Assembly: GCF_046119375.1 (NCBI RefSeq)
Contig: NW_027362763.1
Span: 322,896,001 to 322,960,000 of the forward strand
Length of the DNA: 64,000 bases
Reading direction: 5' to 3'
Origin: Phyllobates terribilis
Taxonomy: Eukaryota
Shown: in pieces, positions 49,014 to 59,351 of the stretch
Layout: each line of letters starts with the position of its first letter
Position numbering within the stretch: position 1 is the stretch's first letter
Translations under genes and position numbers: made by a program
Notes under the pieces: model-generated
Databases searched by the model: none
What the model was told of the DNA's origin: nothing
The model's input: only the letters and a program-made list of their open reading frames with translations

Positions 49014-50229
49014 TAAGTAAAGAAAAACGAGTGGCCATCATTACTTTAAGAAATGAAGGTCAGTCAGCGCGAAAAATTGGAAAAACTTTGAAAGTGTCCC
49101 CATGTGCAGTTGCAAAAACCATCAAGCGCTACAAAGAAACTGGCTCACATGAGGACCGCTCCAGGAAAGGAAGACCAAGAGTCACCTCTGCTTCTGAGGA
49201 TAAGTTTATCTGAGTCACCAGCCTCAGAAATCGCAGTTTAACATCAGCTCAGATTAGAGACCAGATCAATGCCACACAGAGTTCTAGCAGCAGACACATC
49301 TCTTCAACAACAGTTAGGAGACTTTGTGCAGCAGGCCTTCATGGTGAAAAGCTGCTAGAAAACCACTGCTAAGGACAGGCAACAAGCAGAAGAGATTTGT
49401 TTGGGCTAAAGAACACAAGGAATGGACATTAGACCAGTGGAAATCTGTGCTTTGGTCTGATGAGTCCAAATTTGAGATCTTTGGTTCCAACCACCGTGTC
49501 TTTGTGCGATGCAGAAAAGGTGAACGGATGGACTCTACATGCCTGGTTCCCACCGTGAAGCATGGAGGAGGAGGTGTGATGGTGTGAGGGTGCTATGCTG
49601 GTGACACTGTTGGGGATTTATTCAAAATTGAAGGCATACTAAACCAGCATGGCTACCACAGCATCTTGCAGCGACATGCTATTCCATCCGGTTTGCGTTT
49701 AGTTGGACCATCATTTATTTTTCAACAGGACAATGACCCCAGACACACCTCCAGGTTGTGTAATGGCTATTTGACCAAGAAGGAGAGTGATGGGGTGCTA
49801 CGCCAGATGACCTGGCCTCCACAGTCACCAGACCTGAACCCAATCGAGATGGTTTGGGGTGAGCTGGACTGCAGAGTGAAGGCATTTCCGGTGACTACCT
49901 CTTGAAGCTCATCAAGAGAATGCAAAGCAGTCATCAAAGCAAAAGGTGGCTACTTTGAAGAACCTAGAATATAAGACATATTTTCAGTTGTTTCGCACTT
50001 TTTTTGTTAAGTATATAATTCCACATGTGTTAATTCATAGTTTTGATGCCTTCAGTGTGAATGTACAATTTTCATAGTCATGAAAATACAGAAAAATCTT
50101 TAAATGAGAAGGTGTGTCCAAACTTTTGGTCTGTACTGTACGTTTAGACCACTTATTCAGGCTATTCAGTTTTGGTTTTGTTGGTTCTCTTCCGATTGGT
50201 CTTTATGACCTGTCCAGTAAATATACATC

Positions 50230-50914
50230 TGTCACAATGTGGGTGATTCCCCCTGAGGAACTATTATTACGGTCTTAGATCTATACTATTTACTTGTCCT
50301 TTATATCATTTGCTTAACCATAGTGGGAGGGGATAGAATTAAGGGAGAGTGAATGCTTCCAGCTAGGAAGGCAGATAGAGTCTGGAGTGCAAAGTGAGCA
50401 GTGCTACATAGGAGGGTGACCCTCAATGAGAGGAGATTGAAGAAGGAGGGATAGCAAGAACCTGAGGAAAAGTGACAGAGAGAGACAGAGTGGCCTTCTG
50501 GCATTGGGTCCTAGGACAGAACGCCTAGCCACGAGACCTCGAGCTTGTAATGTTGAAGGTAACGAGCCTTAATAGGACTGAGAAATGGGGACTAAAGAAG
50601 GGTCCAGAGTGGGAGATCCATGGTGCCAACAGTGGAAGAAATAGGATGTGGAACCCCTGAGCAAGTAAAGGAGACTTGTTAATCAGGACTGTAGTGTTAA
50701 AGCTGGGTTGTGGCGAAGTAGGGAGAAACAGTGTGCCTTCAAAGCCCTAGAGTAAACTACAGAGGAAGGATACTGTGTGGAAAAATGCTTCATACAGTAA
50801 AGCAAATGTCCATAAGACTTTTTACCTGCTATCCCTAGTATACAACCTTTATCAAGTTACCGTTCAGTAAAGAGTTTATTTTTGGATGGTGGTCTCTCTC
50901 ATTGAACCTTGACA
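50230..50914. mobile_element. Possible solo LTR
   Basis: TGTCA...TGACA termini, flanks CATC / CACC (3 of 4 match), purine-rich interior, AGTAAA near the right end. Confidence 0.45.
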
Positions 50915-51089
50915 CACCTGGTCCTGGCAAACCAACAATATTGGTTATATGCGGCCTGCACGGGCATAAGGTCCTCACAGCACAAACACTTCCAGCCTGG
51001 ACCTCCATTTTAATAAAACGTGCTGGGGTGGGGAAGACGAGTGCCTTGCCCACAGCTACTGCCACGCGCCACACTGCAATAGCACATAT

Positions 51090-51354
51090 CATGTATAGTT
51101 TCGAGGTTTTGTACACTTTTATATGTGTAATGAATGTTTACCATAATTTACTACACGTTGGCACTTTGTTACTCTGAAATGTGAATGCACACATATGAAA
51201 TCTTTTGATGTTTTTATAATGAATGTAGATACTATTTTCCTCACTTGAAAAAGACTCTTTGCCAGAGCTGAAACTTTGTGTACATGGGCTTTGAATAAAC
51301 AACTTTTCACTTTTTTGTAATGGGAGCACTGCCATTCTTTTTTGTCTGCATTTT
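51090..51354 (+). other. Probable decayed PLE pLTR fragment with a degenerate hammerhead-like core; continues at 56809 after the LTR insertion
   Basis: CAC-TTGAAAAAG-ACTC-TTTGCCA-GAGC-T-GAAAC-TTT-GTG at 51242-51280, followed by AATAAA at ~51293. Confidence 0.45.
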
Positions 51355-51925
51355 TGTCACGCTGTCTCTGTATACTGGAGGTAGGGGGCCTAAGCTGACC
51401 CTAAGCTGGGGCCCTGACTAATCCCTCAACCTGGAGGTACTGTTAAAGGTACAGAGGTCCAGGCCGCCAGCGTAACCCCTACCTCCTGAGGATCCCTGCA
51501 CCTAAGTAATCTAGTCCTGAGAAGGACCCCGATCACAACCAAAGGGAACAAGAAATAATATGCCCAAACACAGTATTTAGACGAACGAGACAGTACAAGG
51601 GAAAAACCAAAACCACCTTGCATACAAACAACTTCTCAACTACAACAGAGGGAAAACCAACGGGAAAGGAGATAAATGATAAAGCGAGGAAAGGGAAAAA
51701 AACACTTCCAAATACACTTATCTCAGCAACTCCAAACACCACGATCCGCTCTGTCAGTCTGAATGAAATGCTTTCACCGACACCTCCCAAACAGACCAGC
51801 AGGTATATGAAGGAGTCTCACTACAGAAATATTGATTGCAGCTGGGCGAGGCTGGACCTCATCTAGCCCAGAGAGAGAGAGAGAATTAACTCCCTCACTG
51901 CCGAGAAACACAAAGCATCAACAAG

Positions 51926-54900
51926 TCAGCTGCGAGAAGTCAGGCTGTGTACTCGTGACGATCTTCGTGGCAACACACCCATGACAGTACCCCCCCTTCT
52001 ACGAGGGGCCTCCGGACCCTCAGGGCCAGGTTTATCCGGGTGAGTCGTGTGGAAGGCCCGAACTAATCGGTCTGCGTTAATATCCGACGCAGGAACCCAC
52101 ATCCTCTCCTCAGGACCATACCCCTTCCAATGAACCAGGTACTGAAGGGACCGGCGATTAAAGCGTGAATCAATGACCCTCGATACCTGGAACTCCAAGT
52201 TACCATTGACAACCACTGGAGGGGGAGGTAAAAGTGACGGTACCACCGGCGCCACATACCTCTTAAGCAATGATCTGTGAAACACGTTGTGAATTTTAAA
52301 CGTAGGGGGGAGGTCAAGACGGAATGCCACCGGATTAATAATAGAACTGATTCTGTACGGCCCGATGAACCTGGGACCCAGTTTCCAGGAGGGAACCTTA
52401 AGTTTTATATTCCTGGTAGACAACCATACCCGATCGTTCACACTTAGGTCCGGACCAGACACTCTCCTCCTATCAGCCATACGTTTGTATCGGTTCCCCA
52501 TAGTATTCAGATTCTTCAGCACCCCTCTCCATACTGAAGCGAGTGATGAGGAAAATCGTTCCTCCTCAGGAACCCCCGAAGAGCCCCCCCCACTGAAAGT
52601 ACAAAACTGGGGGTGAAAACCATATGCCCCAAAAAACGGGGACTTACCAGTGGACTCGCTCCGCCTATTATTAAGAGCAAACTCTGCCAGAGGTAAAAAA
52701 GAAGCCCAGTCCTCCTGGTTCTCTGACACAAAACACCGGAGATATGTCTCCAAGCTCTGGTTCATACGTTCCGTCTGACCATTGGTCTGAGGATGAAAAG
52801 CCGATGAGAATGACAACTGCATCCCCCGCCGAGCACAAAACGCCTTCCAGAACTTGGACACAAACTTAGACCCCCGATCAGACACCACCTCGGAGGGTAC
52901 CCCGTGAAGCCTCACAATCTCCCCAATGAACACCTGCGCAAGAGTTTTAGCATTAGGGAGAGCCGGAAGAGCGATAAAATGTGCCATCTTGCTGAACCTG
53001 TCCACTACAACGAGTATGACCGTTTTACCCGAAGACGGAGGGAGGTCCGTAATAAAGTCCATAGACAGATGAGTCCAAGGACGCTCTGGGATCTTCAAAG
53101 GTAAGAGGGCCCCAGACGGACGGGTATGTGAGGTCTTAGAGCGCGCACAAACCCCACAGGACGCGACAAAAGTTACCACCTCCTTATGTAAATTAGGCCA
53201 CCAAAACCGACGCGAGAGGAGATCCACAGTAGCTTTACTCCCCGGGTGTCCTGCAAAAACTGAGTTATGGTGTGCCTCGATCACCTTTTGTCGCAACTGA
53301 TCTGGAACAAACAATCTCCCTGGAGGTCCAACAGGGGCGTCCCCCTGAGCCTCCAATACCTCCTCCTCCAGCTCAGAGCATACTGCCGAAACCACCACCC
53401 CCTCCTGAAGGATAGGAATCGGGTCGTCCGTATTCCCGGCCCCCGGGAAACTACGAGATAAGGCATCCGCCTTTACATTTTTTGACCCAGGACGATATGT
53501 AACGACAAAATTAAACCTGGTAAAAAACAATGACCACCTAGCTTGTCTGGGATTCAGACGTTTCGCGGACTCCAGATATAGCAGGTTCTTGTGATCGGTG
53601 ATGACGGTGACCGGATGAACAGCCCCCTCCAGAAAATGGCGCCACTCCTCAAAAGCTAACTTAATGGCCAAGAGTTCCCTATTGCCGACATCGTAATTCC
53701 TCTCAGCGGACGACAATTTTTTAGAGAAAAAGGCGCACGGATGCCACTTACCAGGGGACGAACCCTGTGACAATACTGCTCCCACCCCTACCTCGGAAGC
53801 GTCTACCTCTACAATGAATGGCTGAGACGCAATAGGTTGAACGAGTATGGGCGCCGAGGCAAAACATTTTTTCAAAGAGGAGAATGCTTGACAAGCCTTG
53901 TCAGACCACCTAGAAAAATCCATCCCCTTTTTAGTCATGTCAGTGAGAGGCTTAACCATGGACGAGAAATTACGAATGAACTTCCGGTAATAATTAGCAA
54001 ACCCCAGGAAACGTTGTAGTGCCTTAAGATTCTCTGGCCGATCCCACTCAAGAACTGCCCGCACTTTCCCAGGGTCCATACGAAAACCGGACGCTGAAAC
54101 CAGGAAGCCTAAAAACTGGAGCTCCTGTACGGCGAACACACACTTTTCCCACTTGGCATACAGTTTATTATCCCGCAAGATCTGTAACACCTGCCTAACG
54201 TGCTCCTGATGAGACACCAGATCCGGCGAGTAAATTAGGATATCATCCAGATATATGACAACAAACTGTCCCACCAAGCGGCGAAAAATGTCATTAACAA
54301 AGTGTTGGAACACCGCCGGGGCATTAGTCAGACCGAATGGCATGACAAGGTTCTCATAATGCCCCTCCGGAGTGTTAAACGCCGTCTTCCACTCATCCCC
54401 CTCCTTCATCCTAATCAGATTGTACGCCCCCCTGAGATCCAACTTAGAAAACCATTTGGCGCCCACGATCTGATTAAAGAGATCGGGAATAAGTGGGAGC
54501 GGATACGGATCTCGGACCGTAATCCGATTAAGTTCACGGAAATCCAGGCAAGGGCGTAGGCCTCCATCTTTCTTCTTAACAAAGAAGAACCCCGCAGCCA
54601 CTGGTGAAGATGAAGGTCTAATATGCCCCTTAGCCAGACTTTCTGAGATATAATCCTTCATGGCCTGCCTCTCAGGACCAGAAAGGTTATACAACCTAGC
54701 TTTAGGTAACTTGGCCTCAGGGAGCAGTTTTACAGAACAGTCATACACGCGATGAGGAGGTAGTTCCTGACACCCTTTCTCCGAGAATACATCCTCAAAG
54801 TCCGCCAGAAATGGAGGTAAGACCCAAGGAGTAACCGCACCAATGACCGTGTTCATGCAGTTTTTATTACAGAATTTACTCCATTGGCTTATCTCCCTGG

Positions 54901-55309
54901 TTTGCCAATTAATAACCGGGTTATGCTTAGCTAACCAAGGAAGGCCCAACACAATAGGAGTGGGAAGACCCTCCAACACGTAGCAAGACAACAGTTCTTT
55001 ATGTATTGCCCCCACTTGAAGTTTTACGTCATGCACAACTTGCAAAAAACTTCCCTGCCCGAGAGGCCTGGCATCGATCGAGAATATGGGGATGGGTTTA
55101 GCCAACTCACTCAACCGCATACCTTGAACCCGGGCAAACCGAGCATCAACCAGATTGGCCCCGGCCCCACTATCCAGAAGAACAGATATCCTCTCAGTTC
55201 TCGTACCCACCACCACCTCCGCCGGTACGAGAAACTGAGACGAACCTAGGGACGAAATACCTACTCCCAGATTGCCGTCCACCACACAACCTGGGATCAA
55301 CAGTTTTCC
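51926..55309 (-). CDS. Pol (PR-RT-RH-IN-chromodomain), open, -1 frame relative to gag
   Basis: LLDSGA; YLDDIL; VDASEVGVGAVL; HNSVFAGHPG...CGVC; MDFITDLP, VDRFSK, SDRG, QTERMN; GPY; FQVSRVIDSR...YLVHWKGYGPEERMWVP. Confidence 0.95.
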   Translation of the reverse strand, partial: GKLLIPGCVVDGNLGVGISSLGSSQFLVPAEVVVGTRTERISVLLDSGAGANLVDARFARVQGMRLSELAKPIPIFSIDARPLGQGSFLQVVHDVKLQVGAIHKELLSCYVLEGLPTPIVLGLPWLAKHNPVINWQTREISQWSKFCNKNCMNTVIGAVTPWVLPPFLADFEDVFSEKGCQELPPHRVYDCSVKLLPEAKLPKARLYNLSGPERQAMKDYISESLAKGHIRPSSSPVAAGFFFVKKKDGGLRPCLDFRELNRITVRDPYPLPLIPDLFNQIVGAKWFSKLDLRGAYNLIRMKEGDEWKTAFNTPEGHYENLVMPFGLTNAPAVFQHFVNDIFRRLVGQFVVIYLDDILIYSPDLVSHQEHVRQVLQILRDNKLYAKWEKCVFAVQELQFLGFLVSASGFRMDPGKVRAVLEWDRPENLKALQRFLGFANYYRKFIRNFSSMVKPLTDMTKKGMDFSRWSDKACQAFSSLKKCFASAPILVQPIASQPFIVEVDASEVGVGAVLSQGSSPGKWHPCAFFSKKLSSAERNYDVGNRELLAIKLAFEEWRHFLEGAVHPVTVITDHKNLLYLESAKRLNPRQARWSLFFTRFNFVVTYRPGSKNVKADALSRSFPGAGNTDDPIPILQEGVVVSAVCSELEEEVLEAQGDAPVGPPGRLFVPDQLRQKVIEAHHNSVFAGHPGSKATVDLLSRRFWWPNLHKEVVTFVASCGVCARSKTSHTRPSGALLPLKIPERPWTHLSMDFITDLPPSSGKTVILVVVDRFSKMAHFIALPALPNAKTLAQVFIGEIVRLHGVPSEVVSDRGSKFVSKFWKAFCARRGMQLSFSSAFHPQTNGQTERMNQSLETYLRCFVSENQEDWASFLPLAEFALNNRRSESTGKSPFFGAYGFHPQFCTFSGGGSSGVPEEERFSSSLASVWRGVLKNLNTMGNRYKRMADRRRVSGPDLSVNDRVWLSTRNIKLKVPSWKLGPRFIGPYRISSIINPVAFRLDLPPTFKIHNVFHRSLLKRYVAPVVPSLLPPPPVVVNGNLEFQVSRVIDSRFNRRSLQYLVHWKGYGPEERMWVPASDINADRLVRAFHTTHPDKPGPEGPEAPRRRGGTVMGVLPRRSSRVHSLTSRS

Positions 55310-56136
55310 GACGACTCTTCACTCTGCAAGGGACGGGATGGACACCCCCCAATAAAATGTCCCTTTCTCCCGCAGAAGAAACACCTTCCTGCCTTATGGC
55401 GCACCACCGGTCCCCTCCCCCGAAATGATGTCCCTCCTAATTGCATAGGCTCCTCAGGACTGACCAGGGGAACCACCATATGAGGGGACCTTGTAGGAGG
55501 TGGAGTCATCACAGGGGGTAGAGTTATCCCGCACCTCTCCCGAAGCCGTCTGTCCACGCGAATAGCGAGGGCCATAGCGGCTTCCAGAGACACGGGAGAG
55601 TCATACTGTGCCAACACATCCTGTAATTTGTCGGATAAACCATGACAAAACTGGCTCCTAAGAGCCGGGTCATTCCACTGGGTGTCCGTGGCCCACCTAC
55701 GGAACTCCGAACAGAATTCCTCCGCCGGACGATCTCCCTGCTGGATCCTACGTAACTTAGACTCAGCAAGGGAGATCCGATCTGGGTCATCATATACGAG
55801 TCCCAGGGCAGCGAAAAACCTATCCACTGACTGGAGAGCCGGGGAACCCGGGGGAAGAGAGAACGCCCAAGATTGTGGGTCCCCTTGTAGGAGCGAGATG
55901 ACAATTCCCACCCTTTGTTCTTCACTCCCCGATGACCGAGGCCGCAGCCGAAAGTACAATTTACATGCCTCCCGGAAAACAAAAAACTTGTCCCGCCCCC
56001 CAGTGAACCTATCAGGGAGAGCTACTTTAGGTTCTGGTCCGGCTTGCTCCTGAGGATGCCAAACCTTGGACCTAACGTCCGCCAGCTCCATGGACAAACT
56101 CTGCAATTGCCGAGCTAGACCGGCTACTGGATCCAT
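55297..56136 (-). CDS. Gag, 279 aa (PEG10/RTL-like capsid, CCHC knuckle)
   Basis: PEPKVALPDRFTG...ISLLQGDPQSWA; EFRRWA; CFFCGRKGHFIGGC. Confidence 0.93.
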   Translation of the reverse strand: MDPVAGLARQLQSLSMELADVRSKVWHPQEQAGPEPKVALPDRFTGGRDKFFVFREACKLYFRLRPRSSGSEEQRVGIVISLLQGDPQSWAFSLPPGSPALQSVDRFFAALGLVYDDPDRISLAESKLRRIQQGDRPAEEFCSEFRRWATDTQWNDPALRSQFCHGLSDKLQDVLAQYDSPVSLEAAMALAIRVDRRLRERCGITLPPVMTPPPTRSPHMVVPLVSPEEPMQLGGTSFRGRGPVVRHKAGRCFFCGRKGHFIGGCPSRPLQSEESSENC

Positions 56137-57006
56137 AGTAGCTGGAGAAAAACTAAGTGGGTCGGTGAAAATGTCACGCTGTCTCTGTATACTGGAGGTA
56201 GGGGGCCTAAGCTGACCCTAAGCTGGGGCCCTGACTAATCCCTCAACCTGGAGGTACTGTTAAAGGTACAGAGGTCCAGGCCGCCAGCGTAACCCCTACC
56301 TCCTGAGGATCCCTGCACCTAAGTAATCTAGTCCTGAGAAGGACCCCGATCACAACCAAAGGGAACAAGAAATAATATGCCCAAACACAGTATTTAGACG
56401 AACGAGACAGTACAAGGGAAAAACCAAAACCACCTTGCATACAAACAACTTCTCAACTACAACAGAGGGAAAACCAACGGGAAAGGAGATAAATGATAAA
56501 GCGAGGAAAGGGAAAAAAACACTTCCAAATACACTTATCTCAGCAACTCCAAACACCACGATCCGCTCTGTCAGTCTGAATGAAATGCTTTCACCGACAC
56601 CTCCCAAACAGACCAGCAGGTATATGAAGGAGTCTCACTACAGAAATATTGATTGCAGCTGGGCGAGGCTGGACCTCATCTAGCCCAGAGAGAGAGAGAG
56701 AATTATCTCCCTCACTGCCGAGAAACACAAAGCATCAACAAGTCAGCTGCGAGAAGTCAGGCTGTGTACTCGTGACGATCTTCGTGGCAACACACCCATG
56801 ACAATTTTATAGTCCAGTGGTCTAGCCTTCATGGCTTGCACCTGCACTTTTTGATTGGAAGAAGGAGAAAAAAAATAGTAATCAGCTCACCTTCTAGGGG
56901 GGACAATTCAGGGTGAAAACCACTTGCATTCACATAGCAACACTGGTAGACCTTGTTTGGTCAGGGTGTGGTGCATGGAGTGTAGGAACACACCAGGGTG
57001 GTTTGA

Positions 57007-57809
57007 AGAAAGAGTCCATGAGGACGGAGCTATAGAACCAATGAGAAAATGTTAAAACATAACTTTAATGTGCAGTTAAAACATGCTGACAAACAGTAAA
57101 AAGGATAAAAAAGATTAAGGATCCATAAGCTTAGGCATTTTGGATTAGCAACCTGTATTCATAGTTGTTGTAGGAAGATATGAGGTCAAGGTTTAAATAG
57201 TAAAAGGAAAATGTGGAGTTTTATCAAAAAGTTTGCGGTAACAAATGACAGATCAGCATGAAGGAAAAAAAGAAAAAGGTGATAAATGTATCCTATCCTG
57301 TGTGTAAATTTCATCACAAAAACTTAAGGCTCTCCCAATATTAGCAAAATAAATGAAAAAAAATAGGAAAAAAATAACAAATAATAATTCATGTCAATTC
57401 GTGTAATAAAATTTACACACAGGAAAGGATACAACATGTGTGCAATAAAACTGCAATGTGTACACAGACTCTTATTGATATTCATTATTTTTTTTCTGCA
57501 ACATATGCATGGGGCTCTGGGATTCACATTTATTTTGCTAATATTGGGAGAGCCCTTAGTTTTTGTGATAAAATTTACACACAGGATAGTTATCTCCTTT
57601 TTTTCCTTCATGCTGAACTGTTATTGGTTCACCTCATATCTTCCTATAACAGCTACGAATAAAAGTTGCTAACCCGAAATGCATAAGCTTATGGATCTTT
57701 AATCTTTACCCTTTTTGCTTTTTTTCCACCATATTTTTAATTGCACAGTAAAGTTATATTTTAACATTTTCTTACTGGTTCTGGAACTCGGGCCTCATGG
57801 ACCCTTTCT
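57007..57809. repeat. Foldback element (diverged inverted arms of ~350 and ~280 bp)
   Basis: 57007-57357 is the reverse complement of 57526-57809 (e.g. GGATCCATAAGCTT / AAGCTTATGGATC, CTCTCCCAATATTAGCAAAAT). Confidence 0.85.
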
Positions 57810-58494
57810 CTACTTTTTGATTGCCACTCATTTATCCCCCTTTTTCAGAATTATATATGTACACTTTGGAAGAACAGACTGTGCAGCAGATTTAACAAGA
57901 TGGATACTGGATTTCACTAGTCAGTGTTGATAAAGAGGGAATGGTTTTCCATTAATAGAAAATCTAGGGTAGGGGAATATACTCAGCAGAATTATGTCAC
58001 ATGGAGTGTACAAAGGTGAACCTATTGAATCTATGTTTAAGTCTCCGGTGTTATAAGAGCAGATATTCAAGAAACTTGTCATTTAAACAGCTATTCATGT
58101 ATTAAATACACTGATCAGCTATAACATCAAATCAACTGACAGGCAAAGTGGATAACATTGATTATCTGGCTACAATGACACCCGTCAAATGATGAGATAT
58201 ATTCAACAGCAAATAAACAGTCAATTATTGAAGTTAAAATGTTGGAAGCATAAATGGTCAAAGGCAAGGATCTGAGCCAAATTGTGATGGCTAGATCAGA
58301 ACATTTCCAATTCTTGTGGTTATTTCTAGTATGCAGTGGTTAGTTATACTGTATTATAATGTAATATAGTTAGTATAATGACAGTGGTATAACGACAGAG
58401 AACCAGCAGAGTGATGGGTTTCCAAAGCCCAATAATGCACATAGTAAAGAAACAATAACCCTTCTGGTTCAAAGTAAGAATAGAGCTACTGTAA

Positions 58495-59331
58495 GGCTGT
58501 GTGCCCACGATGCATTTTTCAAGCGTTTACGCTGCGGAATTTCCGCAGCATAAATGCTTGGGAAACACTTGGTAAACCTTCCCCCATGGTCTCCAATGCA
58601 ATTCCGCACTTTCAATGCCCATGCTGCGGATTTTTCCGCAGCGTTTATGCTGCGCTCAAAAATCCGCAGCATGCCCATTAATTTTGCGGAAGCGCTGCGT
58701 TTTCGCCGCCATTGACTAGAATTAGAACGCGTCAATTCCGCAAGACTGCATCTGTACTTGCGTAATTGGCGCGTTCTAATGTGCGAATGGTACCCGGGTG
58801 TGGAGGACAGGAGACTCTCCTCCACACCCAGGTACCATTAAAAAAAGAATAAAATAAAAAATAAAGATTATATTCACCTTCCGACGGCCCCCGGACCCCT
58901 TTTCTTCGCTTGCCAACAGATCGTGCAGGACTGAAGGACCTGTCATGTGACGGCAGGTCTTTCAGTACAGCGTACCCCGATCTGCCGGCAGCCAGCACAG
59001 GAGCGCAGCAAGTCTCGGGGGCCATCGGAAGGTAAGTATAGGTTTATTTTTTATTTTTAACCATTCTCTCGGGTCACACTATATAAATCCATGCCGTTTG
59101 CATGGATTTATATAGTGTGACCTAGTTGTCACAAGCACCTTCCAAGTGATGCTAATCGCTTGGAAAGCGCTTGTCAACCTGCATGCGGAAATGCATGTGA
59201 AGAACTCTTCACATCCGCATGTCCCTGGCAGGAAAACGCATGTACAATCCGCATGCGTTTTTTTCTGCCAGGGAGATGCAGAAATGCTCAGGAAAAAATC
59301 CGGAGCATTTCTGCATCGTGGGCACATAGCC
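58495..59331. mobile_element. PIF/Harbinger-type MITE with TAA target duplication
   Basis: TAA-GGCTGTGTGCCCACGATGC...GCATCGTGGGCACATAGCC-TAA; internal palindromes. Confidence 0.85.
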
Positions 59332-59351
59332 TAACACAAATTGTTGAAAAG

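Larger units (their letters stand above)
46945..50138 (+). mobile_element. Tc1-like DD38E transposon, defective, with a nested MITE and an internal deletion
   Basis: TA-CAGTACAGACCAAAAGTTTGGACACACC...GGTGTGTCCAAACTTTTGGTCTGTACTG-TA. Transposase relic SKEKRVAIITLRNEG...WSDESK...QQDND-38-E at 49016-49970. Confidence 0.93.
46332..50182. repeat. Foldback (long inverted repeat) element whose right arm is interrupted by a Tc1
   Basis: 46332-46558 is the reverse complement of 46752-46944 joined to 50141-50182. Confidence 0.85.
51355..56803 (-). mobile_element. Chromovirus (Tf1/sushi group) LTR retrotransposon, intact and very young
   Basis: 632-bp LTRs 51355-51986 and 56172-56803 differing at one position by eye; TSD ATTTT; PPT AGAAGGGGGGG; no TGG-type PBS. 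Confidence 0.98.

Noticed and set aside
25494-54213. Other CTGATGA(G) matches at 25494, 49457 and 54206
   Set aside because: No flanking helix I/II or correctly placed GAAA; they lie within pol or transposase coding sequence.
51426-56683. Duplicated 65-93 aa ORFs within LTRs (also 24164/29084 and 36428/43419 sets)
   Set aside because: Duplicated only because the LTRs are duplicated; no domain similarity recognised.
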